From Candidatus Heimdallarchaeota archaeon (lineage in GTDB: Archaea > Asgardarchaeota > Heimdallarchaeia > Hodarchaeales > Hodarchaeaceae), in contig RDOB01000001.1 of the NCBI GenBank assembly GCA_011364965.1, forward strand, positions 32,001-96,000: 64,000 nucleotides of DNA, in the 5' to 3' direction. Both the position numbers and the translations under genes were made by a program. The first letter of the stretch is position 1, and each line of letters starts with the position of its first letter. A model generated the notes under the pieces. The model was not told the DNA's origin. It ran no database searches and saw only the letters and a program-made list of their open reading frames with translations. Below are positions 1 through 9,079 of the stretch, in pieces.

Positions 1-21
1 TTTATTTCTAAGGATACGAGG

Positions 22-633
22 ATGATGGTTGAATTCAGAGTATTAAATTGGACGGATATCGATTCTTTGGCAAGACGTCTCTACCATCAAATAAAAAAAG
101 CAAGATTTCAACCTGAAATTATACTCGGTATCAGTAGAGGAGGGTGGATCCCAGCGAGACTTTTAAGTGATATGTTTGAAGCTGAGTGCCCTTTTTTAGG
201 AAACACATCTTCAGTTTTAGCTACAATGCAGATCAAATTCTATACAGGGATAGCAGAAACACACAAAAGTCCTGTTGTGGCACAAGATGTCGGTGTAGAC
301 ATTTATCAAAAGAAAATATTGCTAGTTGATGATTTAGCGGATACTGGGGAAAGTCTTGAGTGCGCGCTGGATTACTTAAGTCTTAAAAAGCCTAAAGTGG
401 TTCAAATAGCAACATTACTCTACAAGCCTTGGAGTAAAGTGAAACCTCATTATTTTGTTGAAGAAGCAACTGAATGGGTTGTATTTCCTCATGAATATTA
501 CGAATTTATGACAGAACGAACTATTGCAGAAAATTTAGACAAAACGACAGCTTGGGCTACATTTCTAGAGCTAGGGATACCTGACTCTTCAGTTATCTTT
601 TTTGTTGAGAATTTTCTTTCTAACAAAGACTAG
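22..633 (+). CDS. Type I phosphoribosyltransferase (purine/xanthine PRT-like)
   Basis: ISRGG loop, PRPP-binding motif ILLVDDLADTGES, C-terminal WVVFPHE. Confidence 0.9.
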   Translation: MMVEFRVLNWTDIDSLARRLYHQIKKARFQPEIILGISRGGWIPARLLSDMFEAECPFLGNTSSVLATMQIKFYTGIAETHKSPVVAQDVGVDIYQKKILLVDDLADTGESLECALDYLSLKKPKVVQIATLLYKPWSKVKPHYFVEEATEWVVFPHEYYEFMTERTIAENLDKTTAWATFLELGIPDSSVIFFVENFLSNKD

Positions 634-716
634 TAATTCTTCTCCATTATGAAAACTAATTTTTAGAACCTTTAAAGGGGGTATAAATGGTATTATTTGA
701 TAAAATCTAGAACTTC

Positions 717-2624
717 GTGATTCATATGCAACTTTTACTTATTCATTCAAACGGATTCCAATATAAGGTGAATGAGAAAGCTATATCTAATCCTGAAAAA
801 TTGTCAGAGGTAATTCCAGGGGAATACAGTACCAAAGATTCAGTACTCATCATCTTTGTAGCTGTAGAGGATGATGATAGGCAAAATACATCAAATTTGA
901 TCCAATTCGCAGTAAGAGAAATTTTACAGGCCATGAAAGATATCAAGGAGAGTAATTTAATTCTATATCCATGGGTTCATTTATCGAAGTATAAACCTGC
1001 AGAACCTAAAGAGGCTTTAAAAATTCTAAATCAGTTAAATAACGCTATTATAGGGGAATCTGCTGATTTGAAAGTCATAAGGGCTCCTTTTGGTTATTAT
1101 AAAAGTTTTTCTCTTAATTGTAAAGGCCATGCACTTGCAGAACGATCAAAGGAGATATCTAGTGACTATCTTGAGACACAAACCGAAAAAAAAACAGAAA
1201 TTACTACTGCGATTTCTGCAGAAGAAGAATCAACATCCAGATTTTATATTGTTTCTCGTAATGGAGATCTTATAGATTACAAAAATTATTCATTTGAAAA
1301 AGTTAGAAATTTTGAGCTATTTGTGAAATATGAGACCGCTAAAGATAGAACAGTAAGTGAACCACCAAAACATGTTGAAACTATGAAAAATTTAGAACTA
1401 ATAGATTATGAACTCGGTAGTGACCCTGGAAACTTTAGAATTCTTCCTAGAGGTTATGTAGTAAAGCAATTGATTGAAAAGCATGTAATAAATATGGCTA
1501 TCGATTATGGGGCTTTGGTTTTAGAAACCCCGATAATGTACTCTTATGAACATCCATCTCTTAAGAAATATTTAGAACGATTTCCTGCACGACAATATGT
1601 TGTAAAATCTGGTGAGCATGATTATTTCTTACGTTTCGCGGCTTGTTTCGGTCAATTTCTAGCAATGTCTAACTCGATAATCAGCTACAAACAATTACCC
1701 CTAAAAGTATTTGAAATGGCGAAATCTTTTCGACGTGAACAAAGAGGAGAACTCGCAGGAATTAGAAGACTTCGTGCATTTACAATGCCCGATCTTCATA
1801 CTATAGCAGATAGCTTAACAATGGCTAAAGAAGAATTTGAAACCCAGTTCAATCTAGCTAAACAATACATGAAGGATATTGAAATTGAATTTGAAACAGC
1901 TTTTCGTATGACAACGGAATTTTATGAAGAGAATAAAAATTGGATTCTTTCTCTTATTAAAACTTTAGATAAACCTGTATTACTTGAGCTATTTGAAAAA
2001 CGATATGCCTATTTCATCCTCAAATTCGAATTTAATGTTGTTGATGGGCAAAACAAAGCAGCAGCGTTATCAACAGTTCAAATTGACGTTGAAAATTCTG
2101 AAAGATTTGAGATTAAATATACTAATCAACTTGGAGAAGATAGTTATCCATTCTTACTACATTGTTCCATTTCTGGCTCTTCAGAAAGAGTCATTTATGG
2201 AATCCTAGAAGAACAGCTAAGGTTAAGTAATGAAGGTGGGAAACCAACATTTCCATTATGGTTATCTCCGAGTCAAGTCCGAATCTTACCTGTATCGGAA
2301 CAATTTAATGAGGAAGCAATCACCATTTCCGATCAATTAAAAAATGCGTTAATTAGAGCGGAAATAGATGATAGGGATCTTTCATTATCCAAAAAAATTC
2401 GAGCAGCTGAAAAATTATGGACCCCTATAATCTTGGTATTGGGTAAAAAAGAAACAGAAGAAAAAAAATTGAGCGTAAGATATCGAAAGGAAAGAAAACA
2501 AGAGTTTCAATCTATTGAGGAAATAATTTCATATATTAAGGAAAATACTAAAGGTAAACCGTGGTTCCCCCAAGTCTTCCCCAATCTGGTTTCGAAACAA
2601 CCGATCTTTACAAGAACCGTTTAA
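717..2624 (+). CDS. thrS: Threonyl-tRNA synthetase, archaeal type with N-terminal editing domain
   Basis: LYPWVHLS and RAPFGYYK..CKGH editing-domain motifs; LRFAAC, FRREQRGEL, LHCSISGS catalytic motifs; C-terminal anticodon-binding domain. Confidence 0.97.
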   Translation: MIHMQLLLIHSNGFQYKVNEKAISNPEKLSEVIPGEYSTKDSVLIIFVAVEDDDRQNTSNLIQFAVREILQAMKDIKESNLILYPWVHLSKYKPAEPKEALKILNQLNNAIIGESADLKVIRAPFGYYKSFSLNCKGHALAERSKEISSDYLETQTEKKTEITTAISAEEESTSRFYIVSRNGDLIDYKNYSFEKVRNFELFVKYETAKDRTVSEPPKHVETMKNLELIDYELGSDPGNFRILPRGYVVKQLIEKHVINMAIDYGALVLETPIMYSYEHPSLKKYLERFPARQYVVKSGEHDYFLRFAACFGQFLAMSNSIISYKQLPLKVFEMAKSFRREQRGELAGIRRLRAFTMPDLHTIADSLTMAKEEFETQFNLAKQYMKDIEIEFETAFRMTTEFYEENKNWILSLIKTLDKPVLLELFEKRYAYFILKFEFNVVDGQNKAAALSTVQIDVENSERFEIKYTNQLGEDSYPFLLHCSISGSSERVIYGILEEQLRLSNEGGKPTFPLWLSPSQVRILPVSEQFNEEAITISDQLKNALIRAEIDDRDLSLSKKIRAAEKLWTPIILVLGKKETEEKKLSVRYRKERKQEFQSIEEIISYIKENTKGKPWFPQVFPNLVSKQPIFTRTV

Positions 2625-2905
2625 TGAATTTACAGGATTTAAGGAAAATAAGGATGATTTGTTCAGACATCATTTTTAAGAATCCCTACATATTATAAGA
2701 TGATGAAGAATTTACAATAATCAGCCCAATATTCACATCCCTATTGGGAATTAAAACAAAAAATCATATATATTCCTGTGTCCAAATCTATGATGGCCAA
2801 CTGATACACAATCAATTGCGATAAGGAAAAAAAGGCGAACCCTTATCTCAGGCTCAATTAGGGAAGATCTGGATTCTAAAAAATAAAACAAAGACGGGAT
2901 TTCAA

Positions 2906-3457
2906 ATGCCAACTAAACTATTTGGTCGAGAGATCGAGAATCAACTTGCTTTCGTTGGCCTTGCGAATGCAGGTAAAACTACACTAGTTAAAAGATTAAA
3001 AGGTGATGACAATCTCGAAACTGTTCCCACCATGGGTATGAATATCGAGACGTTAAAAATTGGGGAGATTGAAGTAATGGCTGTTGATTTAGGCGGTCAA
3101 GTTACATTTCCCTCAAGTCTCTGGGAGCCATTTGTTTCACAAGCTTCTGGAATAGTATTTGTTTTTGATTCAGCAGACAAACTTAAGGTCGAGGAAGCGG
3201 GTAAGTGGCTAAAAAAGGTAATTAAGTGGGCACCTGAAGATTCAGCTTTTCTTTTTCTTGCGAATAAACAAGATTTAGATGAAGCAATGAAAACAGAGGC
3301 AATAATACATACATTGGAACTAGAAAAAGAGATGTCAGAACGGCCTAGAACTTTTGGGGTTTATCCCTGTTCAGCTCTTTTAGGTCAGGGCGTAGACGAA
3401 GCATGGAACTGGATGAGTGAACGAATTCAGAGTACATTTTCACGAAAAAAGATATAG
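2906..3457 (+). CDS. Arf-family small GTPase
   Basis: G1 GLANAGKT, G2 PTMG, G3 DLGGQ, G4 NKQD, G5 CSAL. Confidence 0.93.
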   Translation: MPTKLFGREIENQLAFVGLANAGKTTLVKRLKGDDNLETVPTMGMNIETLKIGEIEVMAVDLGGQVTFPSSLWEPFVSQASGIVFVFDSADKLKVEEAGKWLKKVIKWAPEDSAFLFLANKQDLDEAMKTEAIIHTLELEKEMSERPRTFGVYPCSALLGQGVDEAWNWMSERIQSTFSRKKI

Positions 3458-3466
3458 GTGCTGGCA

Positions 3467-4030
3467 ATGAGTTTCCTTACTAAGTTACGAGCAAAGTTCG
3501 CAAAAGAAAAGCTAACAGTTAAAATTGCATGGTTAGGATTAGATCATGCAGGGAAAACGACGATAGTCAAGAGAATTACCTCAGGGGAATTTGATGATAG
3601 TACATTCAGAACTCTAGGGATGAACGTAGACGAATTCAGCTCAGGGAATGTGCGATTCATTTCTTGGGATATAGGAGGACAAGCAGCATTCAGAGAATCG
3701 CTTTGGGAAAGTTATATGGCAGGATCAATGGGAATAGTATATGTCATAGACTCTGCAGACAAATCAAGGTTCGCAGAGGCCCAAGCGGAGTTATGGAGAT
3801 ATGTACTAGACAATGATAAAGTTCAAAATATTCCCATCCTTGTATTAGCTAATAAACAAGATCTGGAAGATGCAGCCTCAGCTGGAGAGGTAGCAAGGTC
3901 TCTTAATTTGCATAAGGTTACAACCCATTCTTATGCTATTGTTCCTACTTCGGCCAAGACAGGGTTTAATGTTGAAGAAGGATTGGAATGGCTTCGACAA
4001 CGAGTAACAGAAAAACTCGAACTCCTCTAA
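3467..4030 (+). CDS. Arf-family small GTPase with amphipathic N-terminus (ORF open from GTG 3458; ATG 3467 preferred)
   Basis: GLDHAGKT, WDIGGQ, NKQD, TSAK; N-terminal MSFLTKLRAKF helix; directly abuts upstream Arf gene. Confidence 0.93.
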   Translation: MSFLTKLRAKFAKEKLTVKIAWLGLDHAGKTTIVKRITSGEFDDSTFRTLGMNVDEFSSGNVRFISWDIGGQAAFRESLWESYMAGSMGIVYVIDSADKSRFAEAQAELWRYVLDNDKVQNIPILVLANKQDLEDAASAGEVARSLNLHKVTTHSYAIVPTSAKTGFNVEEGLEWLRQRVTEKLELL

Positions 4031-4821
4031 GGTTGTTTTTTCTTCATTACTTTCTTCTCTGAAACGTCATTAATACGCCAACACAGTGCTAAGAAGAGTT
4101 CATACAACTTTTGAAGATCGAGATCTTTTTTGATTCTTGTATATACTCGTATTGATGGATCCTCAGTCGAATCAACGGATATTCTTACTAAAGCGTCCCG
4201 ATTATTATACAAATGTTTCAGTAGAGTCTTATCACCTAATAAATACATACCAGAGCGTTGAGAAGACGCTTTTATGACAAAAAAGTCATCTAACCGCGTA
4301 ACGCCAAGCTTAATATCATCCAATTGAAATAATACATTTTGATGCTTTTTAATTTGGCCTGTTTCATTTTGAGGTATTATCTCCACCTTAGTTGGTACTT
4401 TACCTTTCTTTGGATTAGCCTCCAACGCTATATAGTCATTTGCACCTGAAAACCATGAAATGATCACATTAAGCATGAGATGGCGCTCCTCTAAAGCAAA
4501 AACTACGCGGAAGTCTTTAAAGGGAATATTTTGAGCTTTATTATAAGTAGGGAATAATAATCCCCCATTTGAACTGAATTTTTCTGGTACAAGGTCAGTA
4601 AATTCTTTAGAAAAAACCTCCAAAAGAGATTCACGAGCTACATTCATAATCTTGTGATTTTTTCTTCTACCTGCCCAAAGAAGGTAAAAAGTAAAGAATA
4701 AAACCGTGCCAGGACCCAAAAAAATTATAAAATAGTCAAATAATGAATAAGAAGTGCTCTGTAGAAAAAATATCTTCAGAGAATTTATTATAGTCTGAAA
4801 TAGATAAGTAAAATTGTTCAT
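4027..4821 (-). CDS. DUF1682/CCDC47-like single-pass membrane protein (ORF open from 4887; ATG 4821 preferred)
   Basis: TM helix followed by GRRKNHKIM, and later VFALEERHLMLNVIISWF..ND, matching the remembered CCDC47 pattern (GKNKNSRLA ... LRFLKRQDLLNVLARMM..SD). Confidence 0.7.
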   Translation of the reverse strand: MNNFTYLFQTIINSLKIFFLQSTSYSLFDYFIIFLGPGTVLFFTFYLLWAGRRKNHKIMNVARESLLEVFSKEFTDLVPEKFSSNGGLLFPTYNKAQNIPFKDFRVVFALEERHLMLNVIISWFSGANDYIALEANPKKGKVPTKVEIIPQNETGQIKKHQNVLFQLDDIKLGVTRLDDFFVIKASSQRSGMYLLGDKTLLKHLYNNRDALVRISVDSTEDPSIRVYTRIKKDLDLQKLYELFLALCWRINDVSEKKVMKKKQP

Positions 4822-4852
4822 GGATCTCAAAGAAAAACCAGAAGTAGGAAAT

Positions 4853-5347
4853 TTATTTGTTTCTAGAAATAAAACTACCAATTTCACAATAATTAAATTC
4901 AGTTTTTCCCTGTTTTCCTACAACTTGATAAATTTTAAAAGGCGAGATTTCATCAGAACCTATTTTAATTGGTTCTATGACTAAGGCTACCGAATAATTA
5001 TTGTGTAATTGAAAAGAATAAATGTGGGTCTCAATATCAGTATTTGAAAGAAATAATCCGTATCCTGGATGAGAATGCCACCAACCCACAACATAATCAT
5101 CTTCATGAAGTATTTTCTCAAAAGCTTGAAAATCCTCTTCTGCAAAAGAAACAGAGGCCTCATCTCCCTCGGTGACGAAAACCATTCTTGTTATCACAAG
5201 CTCATCATTCCTCCTCATTTTCCCTCCTAATAATCCAATTGCTTCTCTAGGTATTGATTTCTTTGATATATCTGAAATTTTCTTTAAGGTGGAATATGAT
5301 ATTGTAACAGATTTGACTTGTTGGGTGAGTATAACAGGTTTTGAAAT
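4853..5347 (-). CDS. JAB/MPN+ (Rpn11-like) metalloprotease, putative deconjugase; N-terminus extended beyond ATG 5218, probable ATT start at 5347
   Basis: JAMM motif GWWHSHPGYGLFLSNTD; in-frame upstream VTISYSTLKKI..PREAIGLLGG supplies the conserved catalytic Glu. Confidence 0.88.
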   Translation of the reverse strand: MSKPVILTQQVKSVTISYSTLKKISDISKKSIPREAIGLLGGKMRRNDELVITRMVFVTEGDEASVSFAEEDFQAFEKILHEDDYVVGWWHSHPGYGLFLSNTDIETHIYSFQLHNNYSVALVIEPIKIGSDEISPFKIYQVVGKQGKTEFNYCEIGSFISRNK

Positions 5348-5362
5348 TTGAAGTCCCTCATC

Positions 5363-5905
5363 CTATTGAGCATACTTTTGGGTCCACTCGATAGCATTAT
5401 TCCAATATAGGTCAAATTTTTCTCTCATTTGCTTTCCTGCTTCTGGATTAAATGGATCATTAGGATCAACAAGATATTCAGGAAATTCACCCTCTTGTGT
5501 TACCTGATAAACATCTAACATCATCTCTATATGTTCAAAAACACTAGGAAGGGTTATGGTTTCCTTCCATCCTCCTACTTTTCCGATATTATTCCAATTA
5601 ATTAAACTCAGACAAACGTTGGAGCCCCATTTCCATTGAGTTCTCCCGATGGCGATATTCGGATGCCAAATTTGAGTTATGAAGTTTACAATCGGAGGTC
5701 TAAAGGGATATTCTGGGGGTAATTCAACTTTTATTTCCCATTTTCCATTTTCATAAGGAGTCCCAACTTTTCCTTTAATTATTGCTTTATAATGATGGAG
5801 ATTATTGTTGATTATCTGCCATTTGATAGTACTAGTCTTAGGGGGATAAGTTTTCAGCATTCGTTTGAATTCTTCTCTTAATCGGCGAGAATGGAGATCC
5901 TGCAA
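5363..5905 (-). CDS. Ubiquitin-conjugating enzyme E2
   Basis: RRLREEF, GTPYENG, YPFRPP, WHPNI and catalytic Cys in NVCLSLI, PFNPEA. Confidence 0.95.
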   Translation of the reverse strand: MQDLHSRRLREEFKRMLKTYPPKTSTIKWQIINNNLHHYKAIIKGKVGTPYENGKWEIKVELPPEYPFRPPIVNFITQIWHPNIAIGRTQWKWGSNVCLSLINWNNIGKVGGWKETITLPSVFEHIEMMLDVYQVTQEGEFPEYLVDPNDPFNPEAGKQMREKFDLYWNNAIEWTQKYAQ

Positions 5906-6139
5906 AATGTTTCAGTCCTCTTGTGATTTATTTTTAACATAATGGGTTGTTCTATTATCAGGGTGTCACTTATTAAGCAGCCGAGAAAACCTCAACTTAA
6001 TTCATCTGATAATAATTCACAGCTATAATTATTTTTAAAGCTGGCCTTTGTATGGACAATTTTTATGGCCTTATAAGCTATCTTTTTAAGCTCTGTAATC
6101 ACAATCAGAGTAACTAATCCATCCTATTTGAGTGGGTGA

Positions 6140-6940
6140 TTGTCTATCATGTCCGACAGTGATCTTAGGAGCGCTTCATGTACAGGATGTGGCGCTCCTC
6201 TTTCTACTAAGCCTTCATACAAGCTTCCTGTGAAGTGTGAATACTGTGATCTTACAAATTATCTAAAGAAAACAGTAGTAACACCCGAAGAAGCAAGAAT
6301 TCACGATGCAGAAGAAGAAGCAGAAACCTATTATCTAATTTATAAGGAAACACAAAAAATTCTTGAGAACTTTCATGGAGAAATGGTCGGAGATGAAGTA
6401 GGTAAAGTAAGAATAAAGATGCAAATCAATAGGTATGCCTTTCCCCTCTTAATTGTCTTAGATGATTTACCAGGTCGACCCTATGTGGATGGCCCTGGTA
6501 AATTGCGAGAAATCCTACAATGTGACCTTGGTGAACTTAACTCAATGAAAAACTGGATTCCAGGGACTAGCTCTATCATGGATGTCCTTGAAGAGTTATA
6601 CGAGCGAGTAAGTGCAGTTTTACCTACAGATATTGAAGAAAGCCCTCAAAGATCAAAAGAAAGTGAAGTATTAACAAAAGAAAAGGATGATTTAATCAAA
6701 CAAATTCTCACTAATTATGATACTCTAGCAACTAAAAAACAGGTAATTGTCCGATTCTATTCTCAGGATGGAGAAATAATACCATTTGTTATTAAACGCA
6801 AAAAAAATTATCCAATAGGTATAGAAGAACAGTACCTTGTAAAATTTCCTTTAATTCGAGGCCTTTTGGAAGATTATGCTAAGGGTAGAATTGATCTTCT
6901 TACTACATTAGCTGAAATTGAGAAAATGTTATATATTTAA
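6140..6940 (+). CDS. Zn-ribbon plus UEV/RWD-like (inactive E2-fold) protein
   Basis: CTGCGAPL..VKCEYC zinc ribbon; LPGRPYV...LNSMKNWIPGTSSIMDVLEEL resembles UEV C-terminal signature; sits in the Ubl operon. Confidence 0.55.
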   Translation: MSIMSDSDLRSASCTGCGAPLSTKPSYKLPVKCEYCDLTNYLKKTVVTPEEARIHDAEEEAETYYLIYKETQKILENFHGEMVGDEVGKVRIKMQINRYAFPLLIVLDDLPGRPYVDGPGKLREILQCDLGELNSMKNWIPGTSSIMDVLEELYERVSAVLPTDIEESPQRSKESEVLTKEKDDLIKQILTNYDTLATKKQVIVRFYSQDGEIIPFVIKRKKNYPIGIEEQYLVKFPLIRGLLEDYAKGRIDLLTTLAEIEKMLYI

Positions 6941-6964
6941 AACATCAATAAGGAATGACTAAAA

Positions 6965-7288
6965 ATGGCAAAAAGAGACGTTATCTGGGATTCTGAATCT
7001 CGATCAAAAACCAGTCCAGATTCTGGCATTGAAAAGATGATGAAAATCCGTTTTAAAGACCCACAACTCCCACCGGAACAAAATTTACGGGAGAAGTATA
7101 TCAATATTAATGGAACTGTTTTTCAAGCGATCACTGCTGCAAGAGATGCATTCAATATCCCTGAAGTAGTTCCCATTGCATTACTGTTTAAAGGTAGAAG
7201 GATGAATCCTTCCAATAGCCTTTCTTCTTATGGAATTGAGGAAAATGCAATTTTAATGATAGTTCCAGATCAGATCAAAGGTGGTTAA
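6965..7288 (+). CDS. Ubiquitin-like modifier with C-terminal GG and UFM1-like motifs
   Basis: Beta-grasp pattern LLFKGRRM..SLSSYGIEENAIL; terminal KGG-stop; directly upstream of E1. Confidence 0.9.
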   Translation: MAKRDVIWDSESRSKTSPDSGIEKMMKIRFKDPQLPPEQNLREKYININGTVFQAITAARDAFNIPEVVPIALLFKGRRMNPSNSLSSYGIEENAILMIVPDQIKGG

Positions 7289-7314
7289 CACAAAATCGTT
7301 AGAAGGAAAATCTA

Positions 7315-8565
7315 ATGGATTCGGATATTCCTTCTTCAAGATTTGATAGACAGGAGCGCCTATCACTCTGGGATCAAAAATTAATTGAAAAAATAACGGT
7401 TTTAGTCGTTGGTGTTGGAGGTACAGGGAGTGAAGTATGTAAGAATTTATCTTTACTAGGGATTGGTAAATTGATTCTTGTAGATGTTGATTCTATAGAA
7501 TATTCCAATTTAAATCGCCAAATGCTTTTTAGCAAAGAAGATATCGGACAAAATAAAGCTGAAGTAGCTAAAGTAAGGATACTCCATCACTTTAATCCTG
7601 AATTAGAGGTAGAAGTATTTCCTTTTTATGTCCAAGAAATACCTGATAAAACTTTTGAATCGGTGGATGTCATTGCAGGATGCGTAGATAACTATTTAGC
7701 TAGACAATTTCTGAATTCAATAGCTATTGAACATCGAATTCCTTTAATAGATTCAGCAACTGATGGCTATTTAGGCCAAGTACAATCTATTATACCATTT
7801 CAAACTGCTTGCTTAGCATGTGATAATCCTCCTCCACCACAAGAAACTCAAGTTTTAATGGAACCATGTTCAATAGTGGGCGTTCCAAGATCCCGTGAAC
7901 ATTGTGCTTGGAAAGCTCTTTACGAATTTAATACATTATTCAATCGGAAACCAAATGAGACTGAAAAAGATCTGGAAAAATTAACTCAATTGGCCAACGA
8001 ATACACAGAAAGGTATAATTTTGGAAAATTTGAGAGAAAAGAATTATTGCAATTGATTATGTTTCATGTGCCAAGCCTTATCACGGTGAACGCTGTAACC
8101 AGTGGAATTCAAACTCAAGAGATTATAAAAACGATTTTTTCGATTAAACGGAGGGAGCTAAGAAAATCAGAAAGGTTAGCCTTGCAGCAATTAGAAACCT
8201 TAACAAGATTCAAAATTCCAAGTTTGTCCATTTATTCAGCATTAACAGGAACTCTAAATACATTTGATCTTGTTCAGGATCCAGAATGTACTGTATGCGG
8301 AAATATGTCCAATTTAACCCAAAAAATTGAAAAAATAAAGATAAATAAGAAAAATTCCTTGAAAACAATAATAAATGGTTTTTCAGAGAAGTTTAATAAG
8401 GAATTTATAGCTTTTAAAGGAAATTCGGTTCTACAAGAGGATAGATCATTAGAATCGTTATTGAGGGATGGAGATCGCATTACACTTAGTTCTAAAGAGG
8501 ATGAGCAAGAATTTAGAGTACGTATAACTTTTACTCCCCCAAGAAAACAAAGAAAGAAAGAATAG
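7315..8565 (+). CDS. Ubiquitin-like-protein activating enzyme E1 (ThiF family, UBA3-like)
   Basis: RFDRQ, GVGGTG, DVDSIEYSNLNRQ, TACLAC, catalytic-Cys region PCSIVGVPRSREHC, CTVC zinc knuckle, C-terminal extra domain. Confidence 0.93.
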   Translation: MDSDIPSSRFDRQERLSLWDQKLIEKITVLVVGVGGTGSEVCKNLSLLGIGKLILVDVDSIEYSNLNRQMLFSKEDIGQNKAEVAKVRILHHFNPELEVEVFPFYVQEIPDKTFESVDVIAGCVDNYLARQFLNSIAIEHRIPLIDSATDGYLGQVQSIIPFQTACLACDNPPPPQETQVLMEPCSIVGVPRSREHCAWKALYEFNTLFNRKPNETEKDLEKLTQLANEYTERYNFGKFERKELLQLIMFHVPSLITVNAVTSGIQTQEIIKTIFSIKRRELRKSERLALQQLETLTRFKIPSLSIYSALTGTLNTFDLVQDPECTVCGNMSNLTQKIEKIKINKKNSLKTIINGFSEKFNKEFIAFKGNSVLQEDRSLESLLRDGDRITLSSKEDEQEFRVRITFTPPRKQRKKE

Positions 8566-8579
8566 GAAAAATCTAAAAG

Positions 8580-8906
8580 TTATCTTTTATAAAATACTTT
8601 GATTCGATTTCTTTTGATCGGTAATATCACAGGGATATCAGGATTCAAATATGGTTCCTTATATCCTCCATCTACTTCCTTCTCGGCCGTCAATTGTTCA
8701 TACAATTGCTTCATAACTTGGTCTCTTGACATGGAAGGTAAAATAGATTTCTTGGGATATCTTGAACCTTTCTGAGCGTAATTCCTCTCAATTTTTACAT
8801 TTCTGCGACCACATTTTGGGCAATACCAAACCCCTGATTTAGGAACTTGACGAGGATTATATCCGCAATTACTACATTTGAGATCTGGATTGGACATTAA
8901 TATCAT
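8580..8906 (-). CDS. Small zinc-ribbon protein, unknown function
   Basis: CSNCG...WYCPKCG. Confidence 0.6.
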   Translation of the reverse strand: MILMSNPDLKCSNCGYNPRQVPKSGVWYCPKCGRRNVKIERNYAQKGSRYPKKSILPSMSRDQVMKQLYEQLTAEKEVDGGYKEPYLNPDIPVILPIKRNRIKVFYKR

Positions 8907-9079
8907 AATCCATTATTGGTTTAAAATTCAGTTTATTCTTTGAGCTTTCAATATAATATTAACTTATAGATAGCTCCATTTAAAATTCTACTAATTATAT
9001 TGATAAATCACTCATTATTGCCAATCTCAGTTTAAATTAGACTTAAGAAAATCTAATCTTACTTGTAAAAGGGACTGCA

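Noticed and set aside
2699-2805. Possible C/D-box sRNA upstream of the Arf pair (ATGATGA at 2700, CTGA at 2801, 7-bp hairpin 2725-2748)
   Set aside because: The spacing is too long for a typical archaeal C/D guide, there is no clear D'/C' pair, and such motifs arise by chance in AT-rich DNA.
5363-5365. Pyrrolysine or genome-wide TAG recoding
   Set aside because: Many genes here end at TAG at their expected C-termini (hppA, spt4, E1, RsmB-like), and no pyl genes are seen.
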